Shown here: in pieces, positions 44,434 through 55,767 of the stretch | How the letters are laid out: every line of letters starts with the position of its first letter | Position numbering within the stretch: the stretch's first letter is position 1 | Origin: Rhodothermales bacterium | Lineage (GTDB): Bacteria; Bacteroidota; Rhodothermia; Rhodothermales; BA12 | Reading direction: 5' to 3' | NCBI GenBank assembly: GCA_963829705.1 | Contig: CAWHJN010000001.1 | Span: 23,844-87,843, forward strand | Length of the DNA stretch: 64,000 bases | Made by a program: the position numbers and the translations under genes | The notes under the pieces: generated by a model | Told to the model about the DNA's origin: nothing | The model's database searches: none | What the model saw: the letters and a program-made list of their open reading frames with translations, nothing else

Positions 44434-44916
44434 CTACACGTCGTCCGTGTGGCGCGGCGACACGCGCGGCTGGCCCTGCCAGTCCTCGTCTGCGGGCGGG
44501 ATGGGAGCGTTGCCCATCGTGTAGACGGAAAACAGGAGCGAGCCGTCCTGCTGCTTGCGCGCCAGGCGCTTCTCGATGGCGCGGCGCACGACGGCGCGCG
44601 TGGCGGGAATGAGACCCATAAAGCCGAAAAAGTCGGTGAGCAGCCCTGGCGTCACCAGCAGCGCGCCCGCAACGAGAATGATGACGCCGTCCAGCAATTC
44701 CTTGCCCGGCAGTTCGGCGTGGTCGAGTCGTGCTTTCAGGCGCTGCCACGCGCTCAGTCCCTCGCGCTTGGCGAGGTAGCCGCCGAGGATACCCGTGCCG
44801 AGGATGAGCGCCACCGTAGGCCAGAAGCCCGTGAAGCGATGGAACTGCAGCAGCAGCGCCAGTTCGACGGCGGGAAGTATGATGAAAAGCGCCAGCAGGC
44901 GCGTGAGCCATTTCAT
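44434..44916 (-). CDS. fxsA: FxsA family membrane protein
   Basis: MKWLTRLLALFIILPAVELALLLQFHRFTGFWPTVALILGTGILGGYLAKREG...LVAGALLVTPGLLTDFFGFMGLIP. Confidence 0.8.
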   Translation of the reverse strand: MKWLTRLLALFIILPAVELALLLQFHRFTGFWPTVALILGTGILGGYLAKREGLSAWQRLKARLDHAELPGKELLDGVIILVAGALLVTPGLLTDFFGFMGLIPATRAVVRRAIEKRLARKQQDGSLLFSVYTMGNAPIPPADEDWQGQPRVSPRHTDDV

Positions 44917-44958
44917 AGCATTCGGGAGGCAATTCCCTACAAACGACCGACTTCTCCT

Positions 44959-46002
44959 ATGGCTCCACCCTTCCACACGCCCCGCGTCGGCATCATCGGG
45001 GCCGGGATGGCCGGGCTGGGCGTTGCCATTGCGCTGCACGACGCGCCCGTCGAAACCATCCTGATCGAGAAAAGCCACGGACCGTCGGGGCGTGCCGCCA
45101 CCCGCCGCCGCGACGGCATTGCGTACGACCACGGAGCCAACTTTATTGACTTGAGCGCGGTGGAGGAGGTGCGCGGTGTGTTCGAGCGCTGGGTACCGGA
45201 GCACGAACGCGCGCCGGTAGCGGGTGCGATCTGGACGCACGATGCGGAAGGAAACCGCTCGCCCGGTCGCAACGAAATCCAGCAGCGATTCTCGCTGAAA
45301 GACGGCATCAGCCGGCTCGGGCGGCATCTGAGCGAGGCCAGCGGAGCCGTGCTGCGTACCGAAACCCGCGCCACGTCGGTGCATCGCGCGGAAACCGGGT
45401 GGATCGTCGAGGCAGAAGAAGAAAAAACCCTCGGGCCTTTCGATGCGCTCGTCCTCACGCCGCCCGCGCCACAGGCCGCCGCGCTGCTCACGCACGACGA
45501 TCAGGCCGATCTGCGCCGCGCACTCGCAGACGTGTCGTACCGGTCGCAGTTTTCCGTCGTGCTGGCGCTCACGCACCCGCTGCCCGCGCACGACGGCATC
45601 TATGCCTACCTCAACACCGACCGCACGCACCCCATCGCGTGGCTGTCGTTCGAGTCGCGCAAACCGGGGCACGTGCCCGAGGGCCAGGAAGTGCTGATCG
45701 TGCAGATGGCCCATGCGTGGACGGCGGAGCACTACGACGATGACCGCGACGACCTCGCACAGCGGGCAACCGCGCTCGCCGAACATCTCCTCGGCGCCAG
45801 ACTCGACGTGGCGTGGCACGACGTGCAGCGCTGGCGCTATGCCCTCCCGAACTCCGCTCTCGACCTATCCACTGTGCGCGCCGCCGAGGAAACCGGGCTG
45901 TACGTGGCGGGCGATGCCGTCGTGGGCAAAGGGCGCGTGGCGGAGTCGCTCGCCTCGGGCCTCGACGTGGGCCGGCGGGTGCGCGACGCTCTCGGCGGCT
46001 GA
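44959..46002 (+). CDS. NAD(P)/FAD-dependent oxidoreductase (renalase-like amine-oxidase fold)
   Basis: Dinucleotide-binding motif RVGIIGAGMAGLGVA...IEKSHGPSGRAATRR and a C-terminal LYVAGDAV. Start MAPPFH at 44959 within ORF 44401..46002. Confidence 0.8.
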   Translation: MAPPFHTPRVGIIGAGMAGLGVAIALHDAPVETILIEKSHGPSGRAATRRRDGIAYDHGANFIDLSAVEEVRGVFERWVPEHERAPVAGAIWTHDAEGNRSPGRNEIQQRFSLKDGISRLGRHLSEASGAVLRTETRATSVHRAETGWIVEAEEEKTLGPFDALVLTPPAPQAAALLTHDDQADLRRALADVSYRSQFSVVLALTHPLPAHDGIYAYLNTDRTHPIAWLSFESRKPGHVPEGQEVLIVQMAHAWTAEHYDDDRDDLAQRATALAEHLLGARLDVAWHDVQRWRYALPNSALDLSTVRAAEETGLYVAGDAVVGKGRVAESLASGLDVGRRVRDALGG

Positions 46003-46577
46003 CTCAGCAGAACACGTCGGTGAAGTAGATCGAATCGTCCTGCCCAAAGGCGACGCCGATGGCGTGGCGGCGCGACTCTGCGTTGAGCAGGTTGCGGCGG
46101 TGGCCGGGGCTGTTCATCCACTCGGTGACCGCCTGCCGGGCGAGGGCGTCTTCGTCGAGGTAGTCGTACGTCGTGCGTGTACCCGTGGCCGTCGTCTCAC
46201 GCTTGTAGCCGGAGTAGCGGTACGACTGAAAGAGGTTCTCGGCGAAGCCAGTGTAGGTCACGTCGCCGACCTCGTAGCGGCACCGCAGCCCAAGAGCTTT
46301 TGCGCGCGCGTTGGCGTCGTCGCCGTCGGGGTTCTGGTGGGCGAAGAAAGCGCGCCGCGCCATGTCTTCGCTGTGCGTTTTTGCGAGCGGCACGAGGGCA
46401 TCGTCCCATTCGAGAAGGGAGCGGTTTTCCTGCGCCCGCGCCCGGTTGACCTCGGCGTGCGTCCTCCTCGCCAGCGAGGCGGCGTCGAGTGCGGGGCGGG
46501 CCTCCGGTGCGGCGTCGGAGCGCGGTGGGGCCGCAGGCGTCGCGCATGCGGCGACGAACAGCAGGCCGACGAGCAGG

Positions 46578-47564
<987 letters not shown>

Positions 47565-47603
47565 AGGCGCGGGGGTGGGTGAGGAGAGAGAGAAGGAAAA
47601 CGG

Positions 47604-48932
47604 TCAGCGCTGCGCCATCAGGGCCTGCGCCTTGCCTCGCAGGTCGATGTAGACGCGGCTCCGCAACTCGTCGAGCCACTCGCGCAACTCGGTGTTCTGC
47701 TTGTCCTGCAACGCGATCTGTTCGAGCTGCTCGTAATCCGTCTCCACGTTGACGCGGTGCGACGGCGTGCGGCGCTGGAGCAGCACGATGTGGTAGGCGC
47801 GCCGCCCGTTGAGCAGTTGCACGGCGGCAGGCTCGCTGAGGTCGCCTTCCTCCAGCGTCGCCAGCGTCGTCTGCCACTGCGGGCCGAGCGCCTCGACGGG
47901 CAGGTCGCGGTTGCGCGTGCGCGGATCGACCACGCGCCCGCCGAGCTGCGACGACGACGGGTCCTCGGAGTGCCGCCGCGCCATGAGTTCGAAGGGCAGG
48001 TTCTGCGTCAGGATCGAATCGCGCACGGTGCTGAGGTACTCAATGGCCGGGCCGGGCTGGGCGCTGGACTCGTCGACGCGGATGAGGATGTGGCTGAAAT
48101 CGACGACGTCGCCGCGGCGGTCGTTGACGCGCAGGATGTGGTAGCCGAAGATGGTGCGGAACGGAGCCGAGAGCGAGTCGAGCGGCAGCCGCGACGCCAT
48201 CGCGCCGAACTCGGGCACGAGTTCCTGGATGCGGATGTCGCTGATGCGCCCGCCTTCCTGCGCCGATCCCTGGTCTTCCGAAAACTGCTTCGCCATGTCT
48301 TCGAGCGTCACCTTGCCCGTGGCGATGCTGTCGCGCAGCGTCGTGATAACCTCGACGGCGTCGCGCACGGCGCGCTCGGAGGGTTCGAGGTAGCGGGCGA
48401 TGTGGGCCACGCGGACGGTCGTGGGCAGTGTGGGCAGCGAGTCCGCCGGGATGCGGTCGAACCACGCCTGCACCTCGCTGGGCGTGACGCGGATCGTGCG
48501 GATCTTGCGCTGCTGCAACTGCTCGGCCAGCAGGCGGTCGCCGAACGTCTTGCGGAGGTCCTCGCGGATCTGGACGGTCGATTTTCCATAGGCCTCCTCG
48601 AGCTGCATCGCGCCGCCGACCTGCTGCGTCATCTGGTCGAGCTGCCGGTCCACAGCCTGCCGCACCTGCTCGGGCGTGACGGTGATGGTGGTGTCCTTCT
48701 GCGCCGTCATCACCATCACCTGCTGGTCGATGAGGTCGCTCAGGGCCTGCTGCCAGAGGGCATCGGAGTAGGGCGTGCCCCGCTGCTGCGCGTTGTAGAC
48801 GAGGCCGTCGACTTCGGAGCGCAGCACGATGCGGTTGCCGACGACGGCGACGATTTCGTCCAGCACCTGCTCCTGCGCGCTCGCCACGAGGGGCAGGCAG
48901 AAGAGGACGAGAAAACTCAGGAAACGGGTCAT
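47604..48932 (-). CDS. SurA-like periplasmic chaperone / PpiC-type peptidyl-prolyl isomerase
   Basis: Signal peptide MTRFLSFLVLFCLPLVASAQ, SurA_N-like region (IVAVVGNRIVLRSEVD) and two parvulin domains (FSEDQGSAQEGGRI, HSEDPSSSQLGGRV...YHIVLL). Confidence 0.85.
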   Translation of the reverse strand: MTRFLSFLVLFCLPLVASAQEQVLDEIVAVVGNRIVLRSEVDGLVYNAQQRGTPYSDALWQQALSDLIDQQVMVMTAQKDTTITVTPEQVRQAVDRQLDQMTQQVGGAMQLEEAYGKSTVQIREDLRKTFGDRLLAEQLQQRKIRTIRVTPSEVQAWFDRIPADSLPTLPTTVRVAHIARYLEPSERAVRDAVEVITTLRDSIATGKVTLEDMAKQFSEDQGSAQEGGRISDIRIQELVPEFGAMASRLPLDSLSAPFRTIFGYHILRVNDRRGDVVDFSHILIRVDESSAQPGPAIEYLSTVRDSILTQNLPFELMARRHSEDPSSSQLGGRVVDPRTRNRDLPVEALGPQWQTTLATLEEGDLSEPAAVQLLNGRRAYHIVLLQRRTPSHRVNVETDYEQLEQIALQDKQNTELREWLDELRSRVYIDLRGKAQALMAQR

Positions 48933-48979
48933 GCAGAAGGGTAAAAGAGTGCCCGGAGCCAACGCCCCGCGCAACGGGG

Positions 48980-49831
48980 TTATTGCAGCGTGTCGGCGCC
49001 GACGGCGATGTCGAGCGCCGAGCGGGCGATGGCCTCGGCGCGCAGCGTCTGAACGAGGCGGCGCGCCATCTGTTTGCGCGCGTCGATCATCAGGCGCTGC
49101 TCAATCTCGGGCCGCACCCACGCGAGGCGCGCCGGGCCGCCCTCGGGCACCCGGCTGACGACCTGGACGACGTAAAAGGCGGAGTCGGCTTCGATGACGC
49201 CCGACGTCTGGCCGGGCGCGAGCGAGAGCAGCACGTCGCGCACCTCGGGAACGGTGGCGAAGAGGCCGCGCTCGGGGGCCGCGTCGAGCGGGACGATGGT
49301 GTAGCCATCGCGCCGGGGCCACGCCTGCCACAGCGTGTCGGGCACGCCACCGCGGCGGGTGAGGGCCGAGCGGGCGCGGCGCACCTCGGCGTCCGTCGGC
49401 GCGCGGAACAGGCGGTATTCGACGTATGGCTCGCGCACCTGCAAACTCTCGCCGTGGGAGTCGAAGTACGCCGCGATCTGCTCGTCGGTGAAGGTGGGCG
49501 TATGCTCCTCGAAGTACTGGTCGAGAAACGCCGCCGACGCGATGGCGCGCGTGTTGCGCTCGATCTGACTGCGAATCTCCTCATCCTGCAACACTCCGCC
49601 GCGCTGAGCGGCATCGAACAGGAGGGCGTCGGCGACCCACTGTTCGACAAGCACCTGCCGCAGCGCCACGGTGTCCTGCCCGGCGACGGCCTGCTCGACG
49701 AGGGCCGACAACTCGCCGTGCGTAAGCACCTGCTGGCCCACGCGCGCGGCGTACGGATCGGCGGGCGGCTCGGGCCTGCACCCCGCCACGACGCCCGCCA
49801 TCATCAACCCGACGCCGACGATCCACCTCAC
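48980..49831 (-). CDS. SurA-N-like lipoprotein (no clear catalytic parvulin motif)
   Basis: Tail of ORF 48980..50926(-). Lipobox VVAGC. The GTG start overlaps the upstream stop (GTGA at 49828-49831). ARVGQQVLTHGELSALVEQAV... matches the chaperone-domain pattern. Confidence 0.65.
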   Translation of the reverse strand: MRWIVGVGLMMAGVVAGCRPEPPADPYAARVGQQVLTHGELSALVEQAVAGQDTVALRQVLVEQWVADALLFDAAQRGGVLQDEEIRSQIERNTRAIASAAFLDQYFEEHTPTFTDEQIAAYFDSHGESLQVREPYVEYRLFRAPTDAEVRRARSALTRRGGVPDTLWQAWPRRDGYTIVPLDAAPERGLFATVPEVRDVLLSLAPGQTSGVIEADSAFYVVQVVSRVPEGGPARLAWVRPEIEQRLMIDARKQMARRLVQTLRAEAIARSALDIAVGADTLQ

Positions 49832-51845
49832 CGCGCTTCCCCACCCGAGGCAGCGCTCGCGTCCGAGAAGACGAGCGGAAGATTGCCGGGGTAGATGCGG
49901 GCATCGTAGCGCGCGCGCAGCGATTCGATGAGCTGTTTGTCGAGCGTGTCCTGGTACTGCGAGGTCACCTCGGCGCGGGCCTCCTCGAACGTTTTGGGCC
50001 GCGCCGCCTCGACACCCGCGTGGTAGAGCAGCACGCGCCCGGTGCCCCGGTTGGGGAACGGCCCCACGAACGCGCCTTCCTGGAGGGGCAGTGCGCGGTC
50101 GTAGATGGTGTTCGTCGCGTCGGCGATGAGCACGGTGTCGATGCGGACGCCGTCGAGGGCATCGGCGGCGAGGTCGGCGAAGCTCGCGCCGCCGTCGAGG
50201 CGCGCGCGGAGCACCGTCAGCACCGAGTCCGACGGCGCGTTGAGGGCGACGACGCGGATGCGGTCGGGGTAGGTGTACTCGGCGCGGTGCGCTTCGTAGT
50301 AGTCCACGAGGGCGAGCGAATCCGTCTGCGCGGCGTTCCACACCGAGTCTTCCATCAACCGGAAGAGGAGCAGCCCGTCGCGGAACTCGGACATGATGCG
50401 CCCGAACTCGGGGTCGGTGTCCTCCAGCCGGGCCGACTCGAAGTCGATGGCTTTTTCGAGCACGAAGCGGTGCAGCAGCGTGCCGATGGTGCCTGCGTCG
50501 GCGGCATTGGCGTCGGCGCGCGTGCCCTCCACGTGGGTCAGGAACTCGTCGAGCGTGTAGGCCTGCGTGCCGATAGTGGCCACCGTCTGCGTGGCGCCCG
50601 TGAGCGTACCCGCGCGGTGGTGGGCGGCGAGCGTGTCGAGCGTGCCACCGGCGAGGGCGGCGAGCACGGCGGCGGTGTCCACGCGCACGCTGTTTTCGCT
50701 CAGGATGCGCTCGGCGAGGACGTTCTGCGCGGCCTGCGCGCGCGGCATCCGAGCGGCGGCGCTTTTGAGGTCGCTGTACTGCTCCTCGAACGTCGGCGCG
50801 GGCAGTTTTTCGAGCAGCTTGATGATGTGGAAGCCGAACTGCGTCTCGGTGACATCCGAGATTTCGCCCTCGTTTTCGAGCGCGAGGGCGACGGATTTGA
50901 AGGGCTCGACGACGTTCGTCCGCCACGTGAGCTGGCCGAGTTCGCCACCGCGTTCGGCGCTGCCGGGGTCGTCGCTGTACTGGGCGGCGAGCGCGGCGAA
51001 GTCTTCCCCGGCCGCGATGCGCGCCCGCAGAGCCTCGGCTTCCTGCCGCGCGCTGTCGAGCTGGGCGAGGTCGCTGCCGTTCGGACGGATCATGATGTGG
51101 GCCACGCGGGCGTCGGCGGGACGTGCCTTACGGTCGTTGACGCGGAGGACGTGGTAGCCGAAGCGGGTGCGGAAGATGGGCGACATCTGCCCGACGGGCG
51201 TCGTGTAGGCCATCGTCTCGAACTCGTCCACCATGTCGCCCGCCGAGAAGTAGCCCAGCGCCCCCTGTGCGCCCGGCCCGTTGCCCTGCGCCGAGGGATC
51301 CTCGGAAAAGCGCGTGGCAGCGTCGGCAAACGGCATCCCCGCCTCGACCGAGTCGATGGCGGCGGCGAGTTTCTGGTAGGCCGCCATCGTGTCGGCGGGT
51401 GAGGCGTCGGGTCCCACGCGGATGAGGATGTGGCTCGCGTCCACGATGGTCTGCTGCTTCTCGAACAGGTCGCGCACGACGGGTTCGATGACCGCCTGCT
51501 CCAGCATGTACGGGCGCGCGAGGTTCTTCTGGTACTCACCGATCTCGGCGACGATGGCCGAGTCGCCGGCCAGCCCGGCATCGCGGGCAGCCATGACCTT
51601 GAGGCGGAAGTTGACGTAGCGGTCGAGAAAGTCGCGGTACGCGCCCATCGAGTCGGCGGCGGCGATGGCGCGGCTGCCGACGGCGCGGGCGTAGCGGTCC
51701 TCGAACGTCTCCACGTCGAGCACGTCGCCGCCGTAGGTGGCCAGCACGTCGCCGGGCACGTCAGGCGGGAAGTCACGCTGCGGCTGCCGCCGCAGGCAGA
51801 TGCCAGCACCAGGAGTCCAAAAAGAGCAGAAAGTCGAAGCGTCAC
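49828..51845 (-). CDS. PpiC-type peptidyl-prolyl isomerase (two parvulin domains); the lipoprotein signal peptide is in a different frame (apparent -1 indel near 51775)
   Basis: The body is ORF 49828..51759 (FSEDPSAQGNGPGAQGALGYF, YSDDPGSAERGGELG). Upstream, the ORF starting at GTG 51845 encodes MTLRLSALFGLLVLASACGGSRSV, a good lipobox. The body frame is open upstream to a TAG at 51861-51863 but has no start codon before 51759. Confidence 0.8.
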
Positions 51846-52095
51846 GGAGGGTACGGGTCTAACGAAACAGGGCGGAACGGGGCCGAAAACGTACAGCCTC
51901 TCAAGTTAGTGCGCGCCCGGAGGGCCGTCCAATGGAAGCCTGCGCGAACTTTGGGGAGGGGAATCGTTGGTACGGGAGAAAGCAAGATCGCCTTGCCGCT
52001 GCCCTCTGGAACCGTTCGCCACTCGGTATCCCCAGATACCAACCCGCAGCAACTATCCGTTCTTCACCGTGTCTCTATAAAAAGCCGCTCTTTGT

Positions 52096-52659
52096 ATGCA
52101 CGACGACACCGCCCTGATCGAGGCGTTTCAGGCAGGAGACGAGTTCGCCTTTGTGACGCTTTACAACCGGCACAAGGGGGCGGTGTATGCCTTCACGTCG
52201 AAGATGCTGCTCGACCGGCAGGCGGCCCAGGACGTGACGCAGGAGACGTTTATCCGGGTCTACGAAAACCGGGATCGGTTGCAGCGCACGGGCGCGTTCA
52301 AGTCGTGGCTCTTCACCATCGCGCGCAACCAGTGCCTCAACTACCTGCGCCGCACCAACCGGCTGCAACCGCTCGACGACGAGGTGGCGCTGCCGATGGG
52401 CGAGGGGGCGGGGGCGCAACTCGAACGCAACGAGGCCATCGACCTCGTCAACGACGTCCTCGAACGCCTCAAGCCCGACTACCGCGAGATCATCGTGCTG
52501 CGCGAGTATCAGAACCTCAACTACGAGGAAATCGCCGCGGTGACGCGCACGACCGTCTCGGCGGTGAAGTCGAAGCTTTTCAAGGCGCGCCGCAAGATGG
52601 CGGCCCTCCTCGAAACCATGACGCGCGAAGCGGCTCCCGAGTCGCCGCGTGTTGCCTGA
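52096..52659 (+). CDS. RNA polymerase ECF-type sigma-70 factor
   Basis: Region 2 (FVTLYNRHKGAVYAFTSKML...AQDVTQETFIRVY, WLFTIARNQCLNYLRR) and region 4 (YREIIVLREYQNLNYEEIAAVTRTTVSAVKSKLFKARRKM). Confidence 0.9.
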   Translation: MHDDTALIEAFQAGDEFAFVTLYNRHKGAVYAFTSKMLLDRQAAQDVTQETFIRVYENRDRLQRTGAFKSWLFTIARNQCLNYLRRTNRLQPLDDEVALPMGEGAGAQLERNEAIDLVNDVLERLKPDYREIIVLREYQNLNYEEIAAVTRTTVSAVKSKLFKARRKMAALLETMTREAAPESPRVA

Positions 52660-53140
52660 ATACCCGCGTCCCATGCTTTCTGCTTACGAAGAGATGATCC
52701 ACCTGTATGCTGATGGCGAGTTGCCCTTCGGGCAGCAGGGCGCGTTGTTCGCCCACCTCGCCGCCGACGAGGACGCCCGCCACCTGCTTGAGTCGGTGAT
52801 GCAGTTCCGCCGGATGAGTCGGCAGGAGACGTTCCCCGTGACGCCCGCGATGGACGCCGCCTTCATGCGGCGCCTCTCCGAACACCGGCGCGGCCCGCGC
52901 CGCCCGCGGCAGGCCCCGGCCTCGACGCCCCTCTGGCAGAAACGCGCGCGCATCTCGCTCCGGTCGGCCACGCTGCTGGCGCTCGTGATCCTGCTCATCG
53001 GCGTCTGGGGCGCCCAGGATCGCACGGAGGCTCCGGCCCGCGCCGCGCAGGTGCTCCCGGCGGCGGAGGAAGAACCCGTCGTGATGAGCGCGCAGTACGT
53101 GTTCCTGCCGGGCGTCGTGGTGGAGGCCGAGCGGCAGTAA
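52649..53140 (+). CDS. Putative anti-sigma factor (single TM)
   Basis: Immediately follows and overlaps the ECF sigma gene. IHLYADGELPFGQQGALFAHLAADEDARHLLE resembles an anti-sigma N-terminal helix, and there is one TM helix ATLLALVILLIGVWGA. Start is GTG 52649 or ATG 52673. Confidence 0.55.
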   Translation: MLPEYPRPMLSAYEEMIHLYADGELPFGQQGALFAHLAADEDARHLLESVMQFRRMSRQETFPVTPAMDAAFMRRLSEHRRGPRRPRQAPASTPLWQKRARISLRSATLLALVILLIGVWGAQDRTEAPARAAQVLPAAEEEPVVMSAQYVFLPGVVVEAERQ

Positions 53141-53242
53141 GCGGAGGTCCGTGGTACAGGGTGCGTTGGAGCGGGCACCCGTCCGTGCCTCGTACCCGTC
53201 CGCACAAGCGGTATCTTGAGCGTTTCGCTTTCGATTCCCTCC

Positions 53243-54718
53243 ATGCCCGATCCCGTCCGCGTTCGCTTCGCGCCTTCACCCACCGGCCTGCTGCACGTCG
53301 GCGGCCTCCGCACGGCCCTCTACAACTACCTGTTCGCCCGTCAGCACGGTGGCGTGTTCGTTCTGCGGATCGAAGACACCGATCAGGAGCGGTTCGTCGA
53401 GGGGGCCGAGGCCGACATCCTCGACAGTCTGCGCTGGGCCGGACTCGCCTTCGACGAGGGGCCAGAAATCGGCGGGCCGAAAGCGCCGTACCGGCAGTCG
53501 GAGCGCCGCGCCGCGTACGCCGCGCACGTCCAGACGCTGCTCGACGGCGGGCACGCCTACTACGCCTTCGACACGCGCGAGGCCATCGAGGCGATGCGCG
53601 AAAACCTGGGCACGCCGCAGGCCCCGGCAGCCTACGACGCCGTCACGCGCATGAGTATGACCAACAGCCTCACGATGCCCGACGCCGAGGTGCAGGAAAG
53701 GCTGGCCTCGGGCGAAGCGTACGTGGTGCGCTTGAAGGTCGAGCCGGGCGAAACCGTCCGCTTCGAGGACGCCGTGCGCGACTGGGTTTCGTTCGAGACG
53801 GCGCAGATCGACGACCAGGTGCTGCTCAAATCCGACGGGTTGCCGACGTACCACCTCGCCAACGTCGTGGACGACCACCTGATGGGCATCACGCACGTCA
53901 TTCGGGGCGAGGAGTGGCTTCCGTCCACGCCCAAGCACCTCTTGCTGTACCATGCCTTCGGGTGGACGCCGCCGCAGATGGCGCACCTGCCGCTCATCAT
54001 GAGCCCCACGGGCGGCAAACTCTCCAAGCGCAATGCGGAAAAGCAGGGCATTCCCGTCTCGGTGAAAGACTACCGCGCGATGGGCTACGAACCCGAGGCG
54101 CTGGTCAACTTCCTGGCGTTTCTGGGCTGGAATCCGGGCACGGACGAGGAGGTGTTTTCGCTCGATAGACTGGTGGAGGCGTTCAGCCTGGAGCGGGTCG
54201 TCAAAACGGGCGCGCAGTTCAACCTCGACAAGCTGCGCTGGTACCAGGAAACCTACCTGCGACGCCTTCCGGTCGAGGCCCTCGCCGCCCGAATGCGCCC
54301 CCACGTCGAGCAGGCCGGTTTCAGCGCCGACGACGCCTATCTCGCCGAGGTCGCCGCGCTGCTTCAGGAGCGCATCGCGTTTCCCGCCGACGTCGTGACC
54401 GAGCACGCGTACTTTTTCGCCGACCCCGAGACGTACGACGAGAAGGGCGTCAAAAAGCGCTGGAAGGACGATTCCGCCCGCCTCGCTCTCGCCTACGCCG
54501 ACGCGCTCGAAGCCCTGCCCGCGTTTACGGTCGAAACGGCAGAAGAAGCGCTCCGCGCCATCACGGGCGAGGAGTTGGGCGCGGGACGCCTCATCCACCC
54601 CGCCCGCCTTGCCATCACCGGCACGACCGCAGGGCCCGGCCTGTTCGAGTTAATGGTGCTCGTGGGCCGCGACGCCTGCGCCCGTCGCCTCCGCCGCGCC
54701 GCCGAGGTGCTGGGGTAA
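53243..54718 (+). CDS. gltX: Glutamate--tRNA ligase
   Basis: [28 protein letters not shown] (HIGH-type motif) and KLSKRN (KMSKS-type motif). Confidence 0.95.
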   Translation: MPDPVRVRFAPSPTGLLHVGGLRTALYNYLFARQHGGVFVLRIEDTDQERFVEGAEADILDSLRWAGLAFDEGPEIGGPKAPYRQSERRAAYAAHVQTLLDGGHAYYAFDTREAIEAMRENLGTPQAPAAYDAVTRMSMTNSLTMPDAEVQERLASGEAYVVRLKVEPGETVRFEDAVRDWVSFETAQIDDQVLLKSDGLPTYHLANVVDDHLMGITHVIRGEEWLPSTPKHLLLYHAFGWTPPQMAHLPLIMSPTGGKLSKRNAEKQGIPVSVKDYRAMGYEPEALVNFLAFLGWNPGTDEEVFSLDRLVEAFSLERVVKTGAQFNLDKLRWYQETYLRRLPVEALAARMRPHVEQAGFSADDAYLAEVAALLQERIAFPADVVTEHAYFFADPETYDEKGVKKRWKDDSARLALAYADALEALPAFTVETAEEALRAITGEELGAGRLIHPARLAITGTTAGPGLFELMVLVGRDACARRLRRAAEVLG

Positions 54719-54795
54719 GGAAGGGCGAGGGTGAACAGGAAAGAGCGAAATGCGTGGAGACCTATCGTAGAGATGTGCCGGGGCACGTCCGTGCA

Positions 54796-55767
54796 TCAGC
54801 CCGTCATGGCTCGGGCGGCGGCGCGCAGGCTGCGCGTGCCGTCCACCGCCGCTTGCGCCACGGCATCTGTGCCTTTGGCTGCCGACTGCGCCAGAAACCT
54901 CGCCATCAGCACGTCGCGTACGGTTTCAGTGAGCACGTGTCGGCGCTGCGTGGCACGGCGGAGGGTGATCGCTTGCTGCCGCTCGGGCGGCTCGAAAAAA
55001 TCGGCCAGAAGGGCGTCGAGCTTTTCGAAGCCCGCACCCGTCAACGACGAGGCGGCGAGGACTCTGGGGGTCCATCCATCCTCGCGAGCGGCAAAGAGGT
55101 GGAGCGCTCCCCGGTACGCCCGGACGGCCTCGCGGGCGCGCGGGTCGTCGAGGTCGGATTTGTGGACGATGAGGGCGTCGATGTGTTCGAGGATGCCGCG
55201 TTTGATGCCCTGGATCTCGTCGCCGCCGCCCGGCACCACGAGCATCAGCACGCAATCGACGACCTGGGCGACGGCGATCTCCGACTGCCCAACGCCGACG
55301 GTCTCGACGAACACGGTCCCATAGCCCGCTGCTTCCAGCACCGCCAGCGCCTCGTGCGTGTGCTGGGCGACGCCGCCGAGCTGCCCGCGCGTGGGAGACG
55401 GGCGGATAAAGGCGTTCGGGTGAACGGCCAGCCGCGCCATGCGCGTTTTGTCGCCCAGCAGGCTGCCGCCCGATCGCGTGCTCGATGGATCGATGGCGAG
55501 CACGGCGATTTTTTCGCCCCTTTCCGCGAGGCGGTGGCCGTAGGCGTCGATGAACGTGCTCTTGCCCGCGCCGGGCGTGCCCGTCACCCCGATGCGGCGG
55601 CTCTTGCCCGCGTGCGGCGCGAGCGCGTCGAGCAGCGCCGCGGCGGCCTCGTCGTCCTGCGGGCGGCGGCTCTCGATGAGCGTCAGGGCACGGCCCAGCG
55701 CCACCCGGTCGGCGCGCAGCACGCCCTCGGCGAGCGCGGTCACGTCAACGCTTTTCTCCACGCTCAC
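54796..55767 (-). CDS. meaB: Methylmalonyl-CoA mutase-associated GTPase MeaB (ArgK)
   Basis: P-loop [27 protein letters not shown] and IVHKSDLDD. Overlaps the mutB stop by 4 nt. Confidence 0.9.
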   Translation of the reverse strand: MSVEKSVDVTALAEGVLRADRVALGRALTLIESRRPQDDEAAAALLDALAPHAGKSRRIGVTGTPGAGKSTFIDAYGHRLAERGEKIAVLAIDPSSTRSGGSLLGDKTRMARLAVHPNAFIRPSPTRGQLGGVAQHTHEALAVLEAAGYGTVFVETVGVGQSEIAVAQVVDCVLMLVVPGGGDEIQGIKRGILEHIDALIVHKSDLDDPRAREAVRAYRGALHLFAAREDGWTPRVLAASSLTGAGFEKLDALLADFFEPPERQQAITLRRATQRRHVLTETVRDVLMARFLAQSAAKGTDAVAQAAVDGTRSLRAAARAMTG

